DNA of 33,246 nt, from positions 1-33,246 of IMG/VR virus record IMGVR_UViG_3300035676_000735, one strand, 5' to 3'. The notes under the pieces are model-generated. The model was not told the origin of the DNA. It saw only the letters and a program-made list of their open reading frames with translations, and made no database searches. This DNA comes from a virus (lineage: Duplodnaviria > Caudoviricetes). Positions 15,965 to 25,607 of the stretch are shown piece after piece (positions within the stretch are counted from its first letter, which is position 1; every line of letters starts with the position of its first letter). The translations under genes were made by a program, and so were the position numbers.

Positions 15965-16560
15965 AGTGCAATCCATGAATAGCCAGCCAGCCCGAGCTCA
16001 CAGCAGTAGACGGCATCGCCAGCCGTGGTCCCGTTACCGAGTAGTAGTACACTACGCCCTCGGTAGGCTGCACTCGGCGTGGGCAGTGCCGTGACCTGTA
16101 GCATCGCTGGCTGAGACAGTACGCTACCAGTCGTCTGGTCAGACAGCCTGACCCCCTCGACGTTGAGCACCCACTCGAGCACGAACGCACTCCCATAGGG
16201 GCGTCTCCCCAGGAAGGCCGGGTCAGGCTCTCTCACGGTGAGCGTCGTCCATCCCTCGACCTCCGCGCGATGACAGGCCATCCAGCACTGCCGAGCGAGG
16301 GCCTTGCCCAACGAGTACTGTGTATGATCGACACGAACCGTAATCTGTAGTGTCGTCTGCTGCACATCCAGAGAGGCCTGACACGTACCGGCCACCCCGC
16401 CTGTGCCTAGCACGAATACCGCTGTGGTAGGCATCCCGGCACAGGGCGCCTCGACGGGAGGGCCCCTGAAGAGTGACCGACCCTCGGAGAGAGCATAGGG
16501 GGTAGTGATGAGCTCTAGTAGCTCGACGACTACAGACTCGAGATCGGCGGGGCTGCTCAT
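15961..16560 (-). CDS. Putative tail terminator-like protein with a short C-terminal extension
   Basis: G.SLFRGP, AVFVLGTGG, LQITVRV...Y..G..LA pattern typical of tail-terminator (Minor_capsid_3-like) proteins. Confidence 0.5.
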   Translation of the reverse strand: MSSPADLESVVVELLELITTPYALSEGRSLFRGPPVEAPCAGMPTTAVFVLGTGGVAGTCQASLDVQQTTLQITVRVDHTQYSLGKALARQCWMACHRAEVEGWTTLTVREPDPAFLGRRPYGSAFVLEWVLNVEGVRLSDQTTGSVLSQPAMLQVTALPTPSAAYRGRSVLLLGNGTTAGDAVYCCELGLAGYSWIAL

Positions 16561-17813
16561 GGCATGCACCCCGCCACCGTTTTGCATTCTCGGTAGCGTA
16601 GGACGTAGCCGTCAGGGTTATAGGGCGTAGCATAGCCCACACGCACCTGCCCCCATGCATTCTGATCTGAGGTAGCACTATTCGAGTAGGAACATCCCGG
16701 GATAGCTACACCATCCAGATAAATAATAGGTCTGGTTGTATACGTTCCGACTGAAACTATGATCTTGTGCGCCCCAGCAGTATTCCCGAGACCGTGATTG
16801 CATCCCAGAAAACGGCTCCCACCACCTGGCGGGCCATAGACAAACAACTGAAATTGTGCCCCATTTAGATACAAGGCTGTCGAATTAGCAGAGTCCATTG
16901 GGCCCTGCATGAACAGCGGGCGGTACGCACTATAGTTCGCCCACTGGGCGCTTGGTGTGAATTCTACACCTCGAATCCAGGTGGGGCTCGATATGCGTGA
17001 GGTGATGACGGCAACCGGGCCCGGGCCTGAGTACGGCGTACCGGCCGTGGCGTAGTATGGCAGAGGTGAGCCACCAAGATGAGCCTGCACAGATGCGGCC
17101 CAGATCGTGCCGGTGTTAGTCACGTCCCCCCCCGAGATCCCAGGATAGGCCCCCTGGGATATACCCGTTGTGGCGACAGCCCACATCCTAACTGGAGCAT
17201 TGCTGAACGTAGCGTATGCCTGGCATCTCGTGGTATCGGTAGTGCGATCGGCGGTACAAGCACCCCCGTCTGACCTCCCGCAGGTACACGCTGTTACCGG
17301 CCCAGAAGCATACGAGAGCGAGATCATTCCCACGGCTGATCCGCTCTCCGCACGGAACCAGGCCTCGACCGTGGCGGGCCCGGTCGACGCGCCGGTCGGA
17401 GACGCGTAGTGCCGCGCGCGCGCGGAGGTGTTCGCGATCGCGTACCAGTTCCCCCCGCTCGCCACGGGCCACGCGACGGTCGTATTCGTCGCGGTCACCC
17501 CACCGTCACTAGACCAACCTGAGCCTGTGAGATCTGCGCTCCAGGTGATGACATTGCTCCCGGCATTGGGCAGATAGATCCCGCTCGCCGTGATGCAGGG
17601 CACGTTAGGCGCAACCGACGCACACGGACCGTTATTGTCCTGGCAACAGAGCTGGGTGTCATTGCGTGTGAAGGCGACGTACTGCGAGAGCCAATTGGAG
17701 ATCGTGTATGAGGCGGGCTTTCCTCCCCCACCTCCAAGGCGCAAGTCAATACCCTCGGAGGGGCTGGCGGTCAGCATGAGAGTGAGCAGTATTCCGATCA
17801 TGGCCGCTCTCAC
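16557..17813 (-). CDS. Signal-peptide-bearing Cys/Gly/Ser/Thr-rich protein with LamG/concanavalin-like domain, possible receptor-binding or fibre protein
   Basis: GTG 17813 overlaps the upstream stop; MRAAMIGILLTLMLTA; TVEAWF and IYLDGV motifs; many Cys. Confidence 0.55.
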   Translation of the reverse strand: MRAAMIGILLTLMLTASPSEGIDLRLGGGGGKPASYTISNWLSQYVAFTRNDTQLCCQDNNGPCASVAPNVPCITASGIYLPNAGSNVITWSADLTGSGWSSDGGVTATNTTVAWPVASGGNWYAIANTSARARHYASPTGASTGPATVEAWFRAESGSAVGMISLSYASGPVTACTCGRSDGGACTADRTTDTTRCQAYATFSNAPVRMWAVATTGISQGAYPGISGGDVTNTGTIWAASVQAHLGGSPLPYYATAGTPYSGPGPVAVITSRISSPTWIRGVEFTPSAQWANYSAYRPLFMQGPMDSANSTALYLNGAQFQLFVYGPPGGGSRFLGCNHGLGNTAGAHKIIVSVGTYTTRPIIYLDGVAIPGCSYSNSATSDQNAWGQVRVGYATPYNPDGYVLRYRECKTVAGCMP

Positions 17814-18313
17814 CGCAAATCCGGAGATGCGCAGAGCCAGGGCCCCGCGGGAGATGACGTAGCAGTCTGCGCACAACAGGAGTACGAGACGTCGGATCCC
17901 CCATCAGGGGCACTCTGGACGAGCCACTGATAAGCCCCGGGCTGGAGCATCATCCCAGTGCCAGCCGCAAAAGATCCACACGGTGTCGTATTTGAAAAAC
18001 GGACGGGACTACCACTCTGGTCGACAACCGACAAGATGATAGTCTGACCTGCCGTCAGCGACAGCAGCCCCCCATCCCCACTCGTAGAGCATTGGACACA
18101 CGAAGTGCTATTCGTAGCCACACTGGGCCCACGCTCATGCGTAGGTAGTGGCGTCGAGGGGCTCACGACCTGTCGGCCGCCATCGGCTGCACGATAGTGC
18201 AGGATCGAGTGGAGATGCCCCTGCTCGGGTCCAGTGCCATCAGCCATGACGACCTGCGCCCAAAGCCAGCCCAGCGAAAGTGTAACCGCTACCAAGATAA
18301 TCCATTTCCTCAT
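17810..18313 (-). CDS. Secreted Cys-containing beta-rich protein
   Basis: MRKWIILVAVTLSLGWLWAQVVMA/DG signal peptide; ATGA overlap with the upstream gene. Confidence 0.65.
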   Translation of the reverse strand: MRKWIILVAVTLSLGWLWAQVVMADGTGPEQGHLHSILHYRAADGGRQVVSPSTPLPTHERGPSVATNSTSCVQCSTSGDGGLLSLTAGQTIILSVVDQSGSPVRFSNTTPCGSFAAGTGMMLQPGAYQWLVQSAPDGGSDVSYSCCAQTATSSPAGPWLCASPDLR

Positions 18314-18810
18314 TGCTGTTCCTCCCAGGCCTGCACGGCCCATGACTGTGCCTGCTCGTCAGCGTCCATGTAGTGTGTCTCAGGGTCCTTCCACCTGGCA
18401 TGTTCATCCGCCTCGTTGTAGAGGCCGGTCAGGTGGTCATACCGGTGGAGGCTCTCGTGCAGATAGGCCCGCATGTCTCGGCCGAGGGCGATCAGACCAT
18501 CTGCCCACTGGTAGTAGCCCGTCCAGCACCCGGGGTGATCTGGAAGACACACGGTATCGTAGACCCAGACCGTCTCATCCTGCATGAGCGCCCACCAATC
18601 AGCCTTAGTCATCAGCCCCCAGTCCTCGGCGGTGGCGGCCGCGATGTCGGCCTCGAGCGCATCCAGGGCACAGTGACTGACCCCCTGTACCGCTCGGTGA
18701 TAGTAGGTGATGCCACGGTCTCGGCAGCTCTCTTGGTTCCCAGCCCAGAGGGGGCTCTCCCCGCAGGCTGTCAGCAGCAGGGCGGATATCAGCCATTTGT
18801 GATGTCTCAT
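18310..18810 (-). CDS. Lipoprotein with HExxH zinc-metallopeptidase motif
   Basis: MRHHKWLISALLLTA/C lipobox; GYY...AYLHESLH...H. Confidence 0.7.
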   Translation of the reverse strand: MRHHKWLISALLLTACGESPLWAGNQESCRDRGITYYHRAVQGVSHCALDALEADIAAATAEDWGLMTKADWWALMQDETVWVYDTVCLPDHPGCWTGYYQWADGLIALGRDMRAYLHESLHRYDHLTGLYNEADEHARWKDPETHYMDADEQAQSWAVQAWEEQQ

Positions 18811-18817
18811 GCCGGCC

Positions 18818-18847
18818 ACCCTACCACTCGTCGAGATACCATGTCAA
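18818..18847 (-). promoter_or_regulatory. Sigma70-type promoter TTGACA-N18-TAGGGT with extended -10 TG; probably leaderless
   Basis: Perfect -35; the -10 lies 7 nt before ATG 18810; located in one of the few intergenic gaps. Confidence 0.65.
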
Positions 18848-18853
18848 GCGGAA

Positions 18854-20683
18854 TCAGCCGATGTATACCCAGGTGGCTCCTGCTGGCTCACCCCATAGGC
18901 CGTTGCGATCCCGCAACCTCACGAGCACACAGCAGTAGAGTGACGCCGCCCCGAGCGGCGAGACGTCACATGTCAGCAGGCGACCCGACGCCCGCAGGTA
19001 TGTGCTGTCGATGGTCGGCCACTCATACGTGACATCAGACCAGCGCACGTAGACCTCTGCCTCGTAGTAGCTACCCGCAGACGGCTCGCTCCATGAGGCG
19101 AGCAGATACCCGTCGATGATCAGTGAGCTCGGTTTAGGAGGGGGGCTATTGAGAGCGGCCTTCCGGGCACACGCCAATACCCTTAGCCAGTATCGATACT
19201 GGCCTGCTGGCTTGCCCCGCATCCCCAGGATCGTGCGGCAGACATCCCCCGTGTACTCGTGCTGTATGCTGGTGACCGCGAGGGTCTGATCGACGTCGAA
19301 GTGTATGCCGTCTGCACTGAGAGTGTATCGGTCACCGAGCTCAGCCCACGGGAAGAACGGCACACTGGCCGCCACGGACATCAGAGGCTCCGAGAGATCT
19401 GAGCACACCGCGTCCGCCAGGTCTTGAGCCTCCGCCGCAGTGTCAATCTCCGAGGATGAGTCGAGCGCGATCTCCGACCATCGGCGTCCATATTTTTCTT
19501 GCGCTACCTCATCCGTGGCAACGGCCGTCCGACGTGGGTGATTGACCCCGTCGGCCTCCCACGTCGTGATATCAGAGTACACGACCTGCACAGCAGTGCG
19601 GATGTCCGCGAGCGCAATGGAGCACTCCTCATAGCTGAGTATGTCAGACGCACCGAAGGTGTAGTCTACAGTCGATTTGTCTCGGTCCACCTCGTAGATT
19701 GCGACTGCGAGACCACCCTCGGAAGGCACGTACTTGTGGTGTACCGACCACCCACGCTGGGCAACGAGGGTCTGGATGGCCTCGAGTACCGATGTCTTCG
19801 CCTGGATGTACGGGCGCACGCTCCAATCGGGATCCCCTACGACGACAGGCCAGTCCTCACGTCTGCCCCCACTGGGAGACCAATAGGGGTGCAGTGCCAA
19901 CGCATTGTACGTGAGCGCCTTGATGATCCCCTCGAGAGGTACACCGTCAGTATGAGTCTCACTGTCTATGTATCCCTGCCACGTCACGGTCCCGTCGGAG
20001 ATCGTCGCAGAGTGCTCATTAGTGGATGGCCACGTCGGCTCGGTTGCCCCTGTGGTACCGAGGTTGGCTGCGCCGCTCGACAGGTAACTGTGCGTGGCCA
20101 GCGGGTCAGGTGGCCTGACCACTACACTAGCTCCGCCGAAGAGGGCCTCAATATCAACGCTCGGCTGCCACTGCCACACTGCACCGTCCAGTGTGTCCCC
20201 CACTATGAGGTCGTGCTCGATGATACTATCGCGATACGTCGCGAGCATGTCGTGCGCGATCACCCGTACGACCGATCCAGACCAATCGACCTCCTGTATT
20301 ACACCGTGCCAATATCGTACCCAATCCTCGGAGGCTGGAGGCTCTCCCGCATGAGCTACTGCGCAATCAATCACCAGGTGGGCACCAAGCTGGAGGAGCG
20401 GGGCATAGGACTCGAGCTGATTTAGCGGGGAGCCCTCCATGAGGGGGGCGGTCGACATCTGCCCATGCTCTCGAGCGATCTGTATCTCGGCCTGCGAGAT
20501 GGGCTCGTCGACGGTGTGTCCCCACCGGGCGCCGACGAGCCAGTTGGTCCCACGGATATCGGTGAGATCCCGCCACACGTCGTCCTCGGGGTCATCGCCC
20601 CACTCTACGCAGATCAGCACTCTGATGTGCCGAGAGCATCCGGCGTCAAGCAGCCGCTGCTCGCGGGTGGTGATGGCCCTCAT
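18854..20683 (-). CDS. Tail tip/baseplate hub-like protein
   Basis: Second gene after the tape measure; IRTAVQVVY, AQEKYGRR, PWAELGD patterns; FN3-like C-terminus. Confidence 0.7.
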   Translation of the reverse strand: MRAITTREQRLLDAGCSRHIRVLICVEWGDDPEDDVWRDLTDIRGTNWLVGARWGHTVDEPISQAEIQIAREHGQMSTAPLMEGSPLNQLESYAPLLQLGAHLVIDCAVAHAGEPPASEDWVRYWHGVIQEVDWSGSVVRVIAHDMLATYRDSIIEHDLIVGDTLDGAVWQWQPSVDIEALFGGASVVVRPPDPLATHSYLSSGAANLGTTGATEPTWPSTNEHSATISDGTVTWQGYIDSETHTDGVPLEGIIKALTYNALALHPYWSPSGGRREDWPVVVGDPDWSVRPYIQAKTSVLEAIQTLVAQRGWSVHHKYVPSEGGLAVAIYEVDRDKSTVDYTFGASDILSYEECSIALADIRTAVQVVYSDITTWEADGVNHPRRTAVATDEVAQEKYGRRWSEIALDSSSEIDTAAEAQDLADAVCSDLSEPLMSVAASVPFFPWAELGDRYTLSADGIHFDVDQTLAVTSIQHEYTGDVCRTILGMRGKPAGQYRYWLRVLACARKAALNSPPPKPSSLIIDGYLLASWSEPSAGSYYEAEVYVRWSDVTYEWPTIDSTYLRASGRLLTCDVSPLGAASLYCCVLVRLRDRNGLWGEPAGATWVYIG

Positions 20684-21555
20684 GGAATCTCCGTTAGCGT
20701 CATCTCGACCTCCTCGTACACCCCCCCTGTGTACTCAGTATCCGCCAGCTTCAGCGCGGTGCCCCGGCCCACTTCGAGCTCGTAGTAGCCACCCCCACCG
20801 AAGATGTCGTCGATCAGCTGACCATGGGCGTATGGTATCCGCCACTGGAGCCGTGCGAGATACCCCTCGCCGATCCATTGCGTGCTACGCTCCGCGATGA
20901 GCCCGCCGGCCTTACTCACATAGTCTGGCAGATACCCGGGCGCGAAGCCCGGTAGCACACAGAGATTGGCGACGAGCCCCCCATGATCCGAGGTCAATGT
21001 GACATTGTCGCCGTCGTAGGACGTGGCGACCGCGCGATCGGGGGAGCCCGCTTGGAGCATCCCATCCGAGTACGTACCCACCACCTCCTCCTGCTCCCAG
21101 TGCTGAGCCCAGATTGTCCACGTGGTGCCGGTGTCCAGCGACTCCCACCACGACAGCAAGAAGGGGGCATCCCCTAGGTGTACGGGGTACACTAAGGTGT
21201 CTGAGCCGTCAAATAGTACTGCATGCGTCCCATCGAAAGACGGCTCCGACGGGATTGTGTCGGAGAGCTCCGTCCCCGTCGCGGTACCTGGCCGACCGTC
21301 GTCGGAGTAGTAGTCTGTACCGCCAGTCATCCACGAGCACACGAGACCCGACGGCCCACAGCGCTGTCGCCAAAAATCGGCCTCCTGGTGGATTATAGGG
21401 CACGTCGTAAACGAGATCCGCCTACGTGTATTACGGACACCATATAGCGTACTCCCGTCGATCGCTCGCTCCCTACCACCAATCTCGAGCTGCTCTACGC
21501 GCACGCTCTTTGGTTTGACCGGGATCTCTGCTCCATCTAGTCGGAGGAAGCTCAT
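20680..21555 (-). CDS. Distal tail (Dit)-like protein with inserted domain
   Basis: ATG 21555 overlaps the TMP TGA; ERAIDGS motif; ends MTLTEIP. Confidence 0.65.
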   Translation of the reverse strand: MSFLRLDGAEIPVKPKSVRVEQLEIGGRERAIDGSTLYGVRNTRRRISFTTCPIIHQEADFWRQRCGPSGLVCSWMTGGTDYYSDDGRPGTATGTELSDTIPSEPSFDGTHAVLFDGSDTLVYPVHLGDAPFLLSWWESLDTGTTWTIWAQHWEQEEVVGTYSDGMLQAGSPDRAVATSYDGDNVTLTSDHGGLVANLCVLPGFAPGYLPDYVSKAGGLIAERSTQWIGEGYLARLQWRIPYAHGQLIDDIFGGGGYYELEVGRGTALKLADTEYTGGVYEEVEMTLTEIP

Positions 21556-23987
21556 CCTAGTGACCCCCTCGGGATCGGAGCGTACGTAGATCCCGTCTCG
21601 AGATACTGCCCTCGTCGCAGTACATCCACCACCTTCTGGGCATTTACGGTGGGGTCTGTAACCCCGTTGACGTTGATGGTAAGGCCACTTGACCTCAGGG
21701 ACCCACCCCAGCCCGAGGAAAAATCTGAACTGCCGATGAAGCTCCTCGCCTTGTCTCGGAGCCACTCGTCCGACTCGGCCTGTGTGAGTCCCTCCTCTCG
21801 AGCGTATCTGTTTCGCAGGTCTCGCTCATCCCGGCTCGAGATGGCCGTCTTATACGCCTGATAGTTCTCCAGCCTGGGCCTCAGGGGATCTCCCTCTCTG
21901 TACGGCCTGTCATATACTCCCGTGTACTCGGCGTACTCCGCCCAATCGAGCTGATGCCTCTCAGTGGGGGTCATCTTGTCGATCTTCGCCCTACGCTCCT
22001 GAGCTAGTCTCGCCAGGTACTCCGAGTCAGACTCTCTAGCTGAGCCCTTCACACCTGCCACAGTAGTGGGGGATGTTGGTAAGGTAGCCTGACCAGTCGC
22101 ACCAAATATGGCTGCGGAGAGCTTGTACCCGTCCGGAATGTTGATGAGTAGCTCCGAGAATTTTTTCGCTACCTCGTTGGCACTCTCTGCTACGTTATCC
22201 ATAGCGGCCGCTGTGTCGTCGAGAGAGGTATCTATGACGTAGGTCCGAGCCTCTGGCTGCTCGTCAGCCTCCCACGAAAATTTCCCTTTGATGGGATCGT
22301 ACTGGCCAAACGAGATAAGCCACGTCAGGCCACCAATGACTGCCTGTAGCACGGTCCCTAGGACCTCGAAGACTGGTGCGAGTAGTTTCAGTACTTGGAT
22401 TACGGGGTAGAGTGCCACTCGGACCAACTGCCCGATGGACGCGATCGCCTCGAAGATGGGCCCGAGGACATCCGTCAGCACCGTGATGAGCTCGCTGATC
22501 GGCGCTATGATTTTCCCGAGCGCCTCAGCGAGAGTCCCGAGGAGGTTGTCGAGCGCAGTAAGAATCTGCCTGAACCCCGCGCTCTCAGTGAGTAGACCGA
22601 GGATGCCACCGATGATCGCCCCATAGCCCCCGCCCGTCTGCGCTCCAGTGGCCGCGCCCTCTGCTGCCGAAGAGACATAGCGAGTCTGACTCATGGCCGA
22701 GGAGGCTACCATGTTCCCGAGCTGACCCCACATCGTCGTGACCTTCTCACCGATGCGCCCGCTTTGTACATCGATCTCCTGGAGATCGAAGAGCGTACCC
22801 TGGGCCATCTGCCTGTACTGATCTCCCTGCGCTGCGACAGCCGCCGACTGCTCTTTTCGCAGTGCCTCCCGACCCTCGGCCTCTGCCCGCATGAACTCCA
22901 TCGCCCGCTGATTACTCTCCTCGATCTCCTTGGCGTACTGCTCATTCAGTGACCTAATACTCTCCCAGTATTGGGCGTAGCCTCTCTCGAGCTCCTTCTG
23001 TGCGGCAGCGGCGTCAGCCTTCGAGACGCCAGGTGTAGTGAGTACCTTCCGCACTCGCTGTGTGATCTCATCGATCGTCGCGTCGACCTCCCCCTGGAGA
23101 TCTTGGAGGCTCCGACCCCAATCGCCCACGAGCCCGCCGTTCGCTGCCCCCCTCTGATTTCTAGCGGAGATCTCCTCTAATTTTCCCGGCGCGAAGAGTG
23201 TGTCCACCGCGCTGGACGCTCCACTCGTAACCGTCGCGATCGCGTTAGCGCCGATGCCCAGGGTCATACCAAGACCCGTGTTGTTGAAAATGTCGGCGAT
23301 ATAGGAGGCGACGGTCTTTACGCCCGACAACACCGTCTGCAAGACGCCGCCCACGGAGTCACGGATCACCTTGCCGATCTCAACAAAGGTGTCGACCCAT
23401 ACACGCAGATACTCGTGCACAGAGGAGCCCGAGTCCTGCATCGCTCGAGAGACATACTCGATAGCCTTATAGACGCCGTATGTGGCGGCGACCACACCCG
23501 CCACTGCGAGAGCCACAGGGCCAAGGCCAGCAGCGATGAGTGCACCGATAGACGACACCACGGTGCCGATCAGCTTGAGCCCCCCCTCGAGACTCTCGGC
23601 CCACTGGCCGAGGGCCTTTGACCCTGAGTCCGTGATACCTAGCACTCCCTGTATGGCCTTACCAGTCTGCTGTAAGGCAAGCGGCGCGTCGGCACCAAAG
23701 ACCTTCTTCGCGTGCTTGCCCAGATTTCCAATACGCTCTCCGGCTTCGCCGAACGCGCCAGCGAAGCCGGAGACCATTTTTTTGACCGACACATCCACCG
23801 ACCGGAGGGTGTCAGTCATAGCACGGGTGGGCTTCGTGATTGCGCCAGAAACAGAGTCGCCCAACCTGTCAACACTTTGCTGCACTTTCGATAGCGCAGA
23901 CTGGGACGACCGGAGGGCGGCCGTGAGCTGAGTATGAAACTGACTGTCAGTCAGTGTCAGCGTCGCGTTCAGTGACCCGATATCCAC
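21552..23987 (-). CDS. Tape measure protein
   Basis: 811 aa, IGSLNATLTLT N-terminus, Ala/Gly-rich amphipathic helices, follows the chaperone pair. Confidence 0.9.
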   Translation of the reverse strand: MDIGSLNATLTLTDSQFHTQLTAALRSSQSALSKVQQSVDRLGDSVSGAITKPTRAMTDTLRSVDVSVKKMVSGFAGAFGEAGERIGNLGKHAKKVFGADAPLALQQTGKAIQGVLGITDSGSKALGQWAESLEGGLKLIGTVVSSIGALIAAGLGPVALAVAGVVAATYGVYKAIEYVSRAMQDSGSSVHEYLRVWVDTFVEIGKVIRDSVGGVLQTVLSGVKTVASYIADIFNNTGLGMTLGIGANAIATVTSGASSAVDTLFAPGKLEEISARNQRGAANGGLVGDWGRSLQDLQGEVDATIDEITQRVRKVLTTPGVSKADAAAAQKELERGYAQYWESIRSLNEQYAKEIEESNQRAMEFMRAEAEGREALRKEQSAAVAAQGDQYRQMAQGTLFDLQEIDVQSGRIGEKVTTMWGQLGNMVASSAMSQTRYVSSAAEGAATGAQTGGGYGAIIGGILGLLTESAGFRQILTALDNLLGTLAEALGKIIAPISELITVLTDVLGPIFEAIASIGQLVRVALYPVIQVLKLLAPVFEVLGTVLQAVIGGLTWLISFGQYDPIKGKFSWEADEQPEARTYVIDTSLDDTAAAMDNVAESANEVAKKFSELLINIPDGYKLSAAIFGATGQATLPTSPTTVAGVKGSARESDSEYLARLAQERRAKIDKMTPTERHQLDWAEYAEYTGVYDRPYREGDPLRPRLENYQAYKTAISSRDERDLRNRYAREEGLTQAESDEWLRDKARSFIGSSDFSSGWGGSLRSSGLTINVNGVTDPTVNAQKVVDVLRRGQYLETGSTYAPIPRGSLG

Positions 23988-23990
23988 GAC

Positions 23991-24523
23991 CTACCTCCGC
24001 TTGTATTTCTCCTCGAGCGCCAACCGCTCCTCCTCCCGCTCCTCACTCTGGATACGATACATGGCGAGGATCTCCGCAAACTCCTGCACAGAGCACTGCT
24101 CTACCTCATGCGGGAAGCGGCTCATCGCGAGAGCGACCCTCAGGATGTTTGCTCGCTGGGGGTCGCTTCGGAGTTTTTTTCGGCAACCTCAGGTCTGGTG
24201 TCGTTGATGAGTGCGACTACCTTTTGGAATACTTGCACCTGCCATTGGGATGGCATGTTGGCGAGGAGCTCTCGGTCCTTTTCATCAAAAAGCAGGGCCC
24301 CGCTCTCGACATCGCACGCACTATAGATCACAGCGGTGATTACCTGATCGAGCCCCTTCACGGGATCGATCTCCTTGCCAGCCCCCCGCTGCTGCATGAG
24401 CCTCTTTTGTAGGGCCAGGGTGGGCCATCGTACTCCGATCTCGGTCTTACCACCCTTGCTGGTGAGCACCTCGATCACGTCATACTCCGTCTTACGGGCC
24501 AGCAGAGTCTCTCGCAGATTCAT
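23991..24523 (-). CDS. Tail assembly chaperone long form (gpGT-like) via -1 frameshift
   Basis: After A AAA AAC (24179-24173) the -1 frame reads LRSDPQRANILRVALAMSRFPHEVEQCSVQEFAEILAMYRIQ..YKRR, with TAG at 23993-23991. Confidence 0.8.
24140..24523 (-). CDS. Tail assembly chaperone short form (gpG-like)
   Basis: Between tail tube and TMP; D.ESGALLF motif and EKNS slippery end. Confidence 0.85.
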   Translation of the reverse strand: MNLRETLLARKTEYDVIEVLTSKGGKTEIGVRWPTLALQKRLMQQRGAGKEIDPVKGLDQVITAVIYSACDVESGALLFDEKDRELLANMPSQWQVQVFQKVVALINDTRPEVAEKNSEATPSEQTS

Positions 24524-24533
24524 GGGATCTCTC

Positions 24534-25193
24534 CTAGGTGGGATCTGTTACCTCAGAAAACAGAGCCTGGTCAGCTGCGCTAACAATCGTCACAGGTGTC
24601 TGCACAACACCTTCGAGCTCCAGTGCGTGGATGAGCACAGACTCCAAATCATGCTTCGCCGACTCCTTCGTTGTCGCAAACCATCCGCGCAGGCGACGCG
24701 TGTCACAGAGCAGTTCCACAAAAAACTGATCCCCCAGTGTACCAGAGATGATCTGTTCCAGGGTCGTCGATCCATAGATGATCGTGGCCAGACTCTCCAT
24801 GAGCTCCAGGGTGAGTCGACACTCATAGGCTGCGGCGAGCTGCCGCTTGGATGTGTCGCCGATACGGGTAGAGTCCACGAAGGTCCGATGCGGCCCGACC
24901 ACACTCACCGATCGCACGGCAGCGAGTGGCAGGAGCGGCAGATAGTGACACGTGATCTCAGGATCCGTAGGAGCCACCGAGAATGTGATGAGCCCCTGCG
25001 CATAGTCGATGCCCGAGGGCACTGTACCCCCATCGTCGATGAGTACCTCATAGGCTGGGTCTACTGGCCCGAGCAGATGGCCCGAGTCAAACTGCCAGAC
25101 GAGGCTACTCACCTCTGTGAGTGCCTCGTCCTCAATCAATGTAGAGGTGCCCGTGAGCGACAACACACCTGTGCGAGCAGCAGTCTCAGCCAT
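24534..25193 (-). CDS. Tail tube protein paralogue 2 with inserted domain
   Basis: DSTRIGDTSKRQ matches DTTRTGDTAKRQ of the upstream gene; extra IDYAQGLITF segment. Confidence 0.6.
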   Translation of the reverse strand: MAETAARTGVLSLTGTSTLIEDEALTEVSSLVWQFDSGHLLGPVDPAYEVLIDDGGTVPSGIDYAQGLITFSVAPTDPEITCHYLPLLPLAAVRSVSVVGPHRTFVDSTRIGDTSKRQLAAAYECRLTLELMESLATIIYGSTTLEQIISGTLGDQFFVELLCDTRRLRGWFATTKESAKHDLESVLIHALELEGVVQTPVTIVSAADQALFSEVTDPT

Positions 25194-25205
25194 GATGTCC
25201 TCCCG

Positions 25206-25607
25206 CTAGGTCACATCGGTAGGGGCAGCACCACCGGCGGGCGAGAAGGAGTAGCTCCTCACGAGGATCTCACCACCAGGGGCGTGCTTTGCACTCACGG
25301 TGTATGCCATCTGGCATTTCTTGCCCGTGCTGCCGTTGGGCAGGTACTCCACCCAGACGGGGTTGTTTGCGTCGACGATGATCTGAGCCGCATCCGCAGC
25401 ATCGTAGAACACCTCGCACGAGAGCGAGACATCGTAGTAACCAGAGCCTGTCTGTCTCTTGGCGGTATCTCCGGTGCGCGTAGTATCTCCCATGACCTGC
25501 GCGAAGAACCCGCCAGCGTCAATACTCTTCGTGTGCAGCGTCTGATAGCTACCACCCTCGGTGGCACATACCTTCACAAGACCTGATCGAGCAGGTATTT
25601 CACTCAT
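25206..25607 (-). CDS. Tail tube (major tail) protein
   Basis: 133 aa; D.T..GD..KR..G, SLS..VFYD, YLPNG pattern of TP901-1-like tube proteins. Confidence 0.75.
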   Translation of the reverse strand: MSEIPARSGLVKVCATEGGSYQTLHTKSIDAGGFFAQVMGDTTRTGDTAKRQTGSGYYDVSLSCEVFYDAADAAQIIVDANNPVWVEYLPNGSTGKKCQMAYTVSAKHAPGGEILVRSYSFSPAGGAAPTDVT

